A stretch of 64,000 nucleotides of DNA, taken from NCBI GenBank assembly GCA_009602725.1, contig WELB01000010.1, positions 1,073,494 to 1,137,493 on the forward strand, in the 5' to 3' direction. The notes beneath the pieces are model-generated. The model made no database searches and had not been told where the DNA came from. It worked only from the letters and a program-made list of their open reading frames with translations. Origin of the DNA: Spirogloea muscicola (lineage: Eukaryota). How positions within the stretch are numbered: position 1 is the stretch's first letter; every line of letters begins with the position of its first letter. A program made the translations under genes and the position numbers. Below are positions 62,168-64,000 of this stretch, piece after piece.

Positions 62168-64000
62168 CTGAACAGATAGATAGACCAAGACTTCCAAAGA
62201 AATAAATGCACAAAAGACACAGTCATGTACTGCACATCCAGAGGAAGGTGCTGCCAAACGATATCCAGGCTTCTATCTATTCTCGGCGTAATGAGGTGAA
62301 AAGGTAACACGCCAACAAAAGCAGACTGGAATTGCATCAAGTGACAAACATACTTGTGACGGTCAGAATAAGAGATACATCAGTAACAAAATAGGCCTGG
62401 CAGAGGTGTGTACCGGTGGTTTCGCAGCCGAAGAAGTACAATGGTGCATGCAGACATGTCCTTTGGTGAAGCAGTCCCCAATCGCTGGCCACCTCTGGTG
62501 TTGCGCGTTCTTCTCACGTTAGTCATCAGAGCAAGATCCTGGATATAATCACATGAGAGCCTTCTTCTCAGATATGTCATCAAAGCAAGCTCCTGAAAAG
62601 TCTCACATTTGAAAGTAGTGAACAGCTCCTTCATTACTTGCATTGCACGATAGTTATTTTGCACTTCACAACCCCTGTACAAGATGGACATAAATGTCTT
62701 CTTAGCCTGCCCTGCCCCACATGCTTTTTGTTGAGTAGCACCATTCGCTCGGGCAATCAATGTATTGCTACAAATTCTCTTACCTGTTCAATCTCGTGAG
62801 GATGAAGGGGCACTACGAAGAATGGGCGTTTATATGGGAGCCTACGGCCTGCAATGTAATGCACTGAACTTGGCAAAGAAGCCGCTGGTATGGTACTCTT
62901 CACTTCAGCAGCTGCTGCATTTCGACGCTTCCTGGGAGAGTAGCAGCAAAAGCCAGCAATTAGAGCCTGGACAAGTGGACTCCCTGAATAATTTGGCGTA
63001 GACTTAGAGCTCTTCGAAGTACTTCCATCTATCCCGAAGCACAAGAGACGCTTCATATCGTGTGTCTTCTTCACCGCTTGTCTAATTGCTGATACAAAGA
63101 GATGTAGACCGTCATTAGTAGGGTACAGTGTTCTTTTCATTGCCTTCATCCTCAAGAGGAGTAACAAGCAAACAGTCACATCAATGACCTTGCCATTGAG
63201 ATTTACAGAGAAATTGTTTTGCTTCCAGACCCCATGCAGACAGTCATCCATTATAGAACATCATTGACCTTGTAAAGTTCTGAACGATCTCAAAACAGGT
63301 TAGCACCATTGGTCAGGGCTTACCTCGTGGAGCTAAGCTGCCCATGTCTTGACTGGGGGACTCGCATCCTTGACATCTAGATGCAAGTCCTGTGTCAACT
63401 GAGAATCATTTCCTGCTGACGATGAAGTGGCATGAGCATCTCTGCCACATTCGGCAACTGATCCATGTCAGAGGCAATTTTTGTATTTGTACTGTCAAAT
63501 CTTATCTTGAATGTCGTCATGGCTGCCAAGCTTGCCTTGACCAGCGCACAACTGGAAGCACCAGACAAACACACCATGCAAAAGTTTCCAGGAAGAAGTG
63601 CACCTGATATATCTATTAATAGATACCAAGGAATGTTGCCTGTGGCAACCAATACAGTGAAACCTAACAACCGTCACCAACATTCTAAATGATGGGAGGA
63701 TTGACCAGACAGATTACTCACCACAGCACTAGTCCAATTACTCAAATCACAGTGCTTCTCCGAGTAACAATATGTACAGGCCAAACATCATCCTCGGAAT
63801 CATGCAGGTCACATGACCTGCCTCTGCCACCTCCACGGCCAGATTCACAACGTGCACGCCGACCAGAGCTGACAGCAGAAGGTAGCAAGCGCCACTGCTG
63901 GCCCAGTCCTGTAACTGGTCGTCTCTTCCCTTCGTTTCAAGTGAAAGGCGACCAGCCCCGCGACAGGCGAAATGTGCCTTTTGATGGCGACGAGCTGACT

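Overview
This is eukaryotic, intron-rich, GC-rich genomic DNA with GCC-tract 5' ends and two N-gaps. Gene content and TTTAGGG-type motifs suggest a streptophyte green alga or similar plant lineage (inference). Genes assembled by hand from exons are: a plastid-type alpha-amylase homologue with altered catalytic motifs (minus), COG8, a small unknown gene resembling a circularly permuted 2H phosphoesterase, three O-fucosyltransferase-like paralogues, a broken F-box/LRR gene folded into an inverted repeat, a truncated PIG-O fragment, an unknown zinc-ribbon gene, an intron-containing tRNA-Cys(GCA), ESF1, VPS35L and a partial divergent bromodomain gene. The intergenic and promoter regions hold nests of 5'-truncated non-LTR retroelements with a restriction-like endonuclease (RLE, CRE-like). 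Most of their subfamilies share a structured 3'-terminal motif, and some copies appear to have inserted into that same motif. All calls come from motif recognition and manual splicing; no database search or folding program was run.
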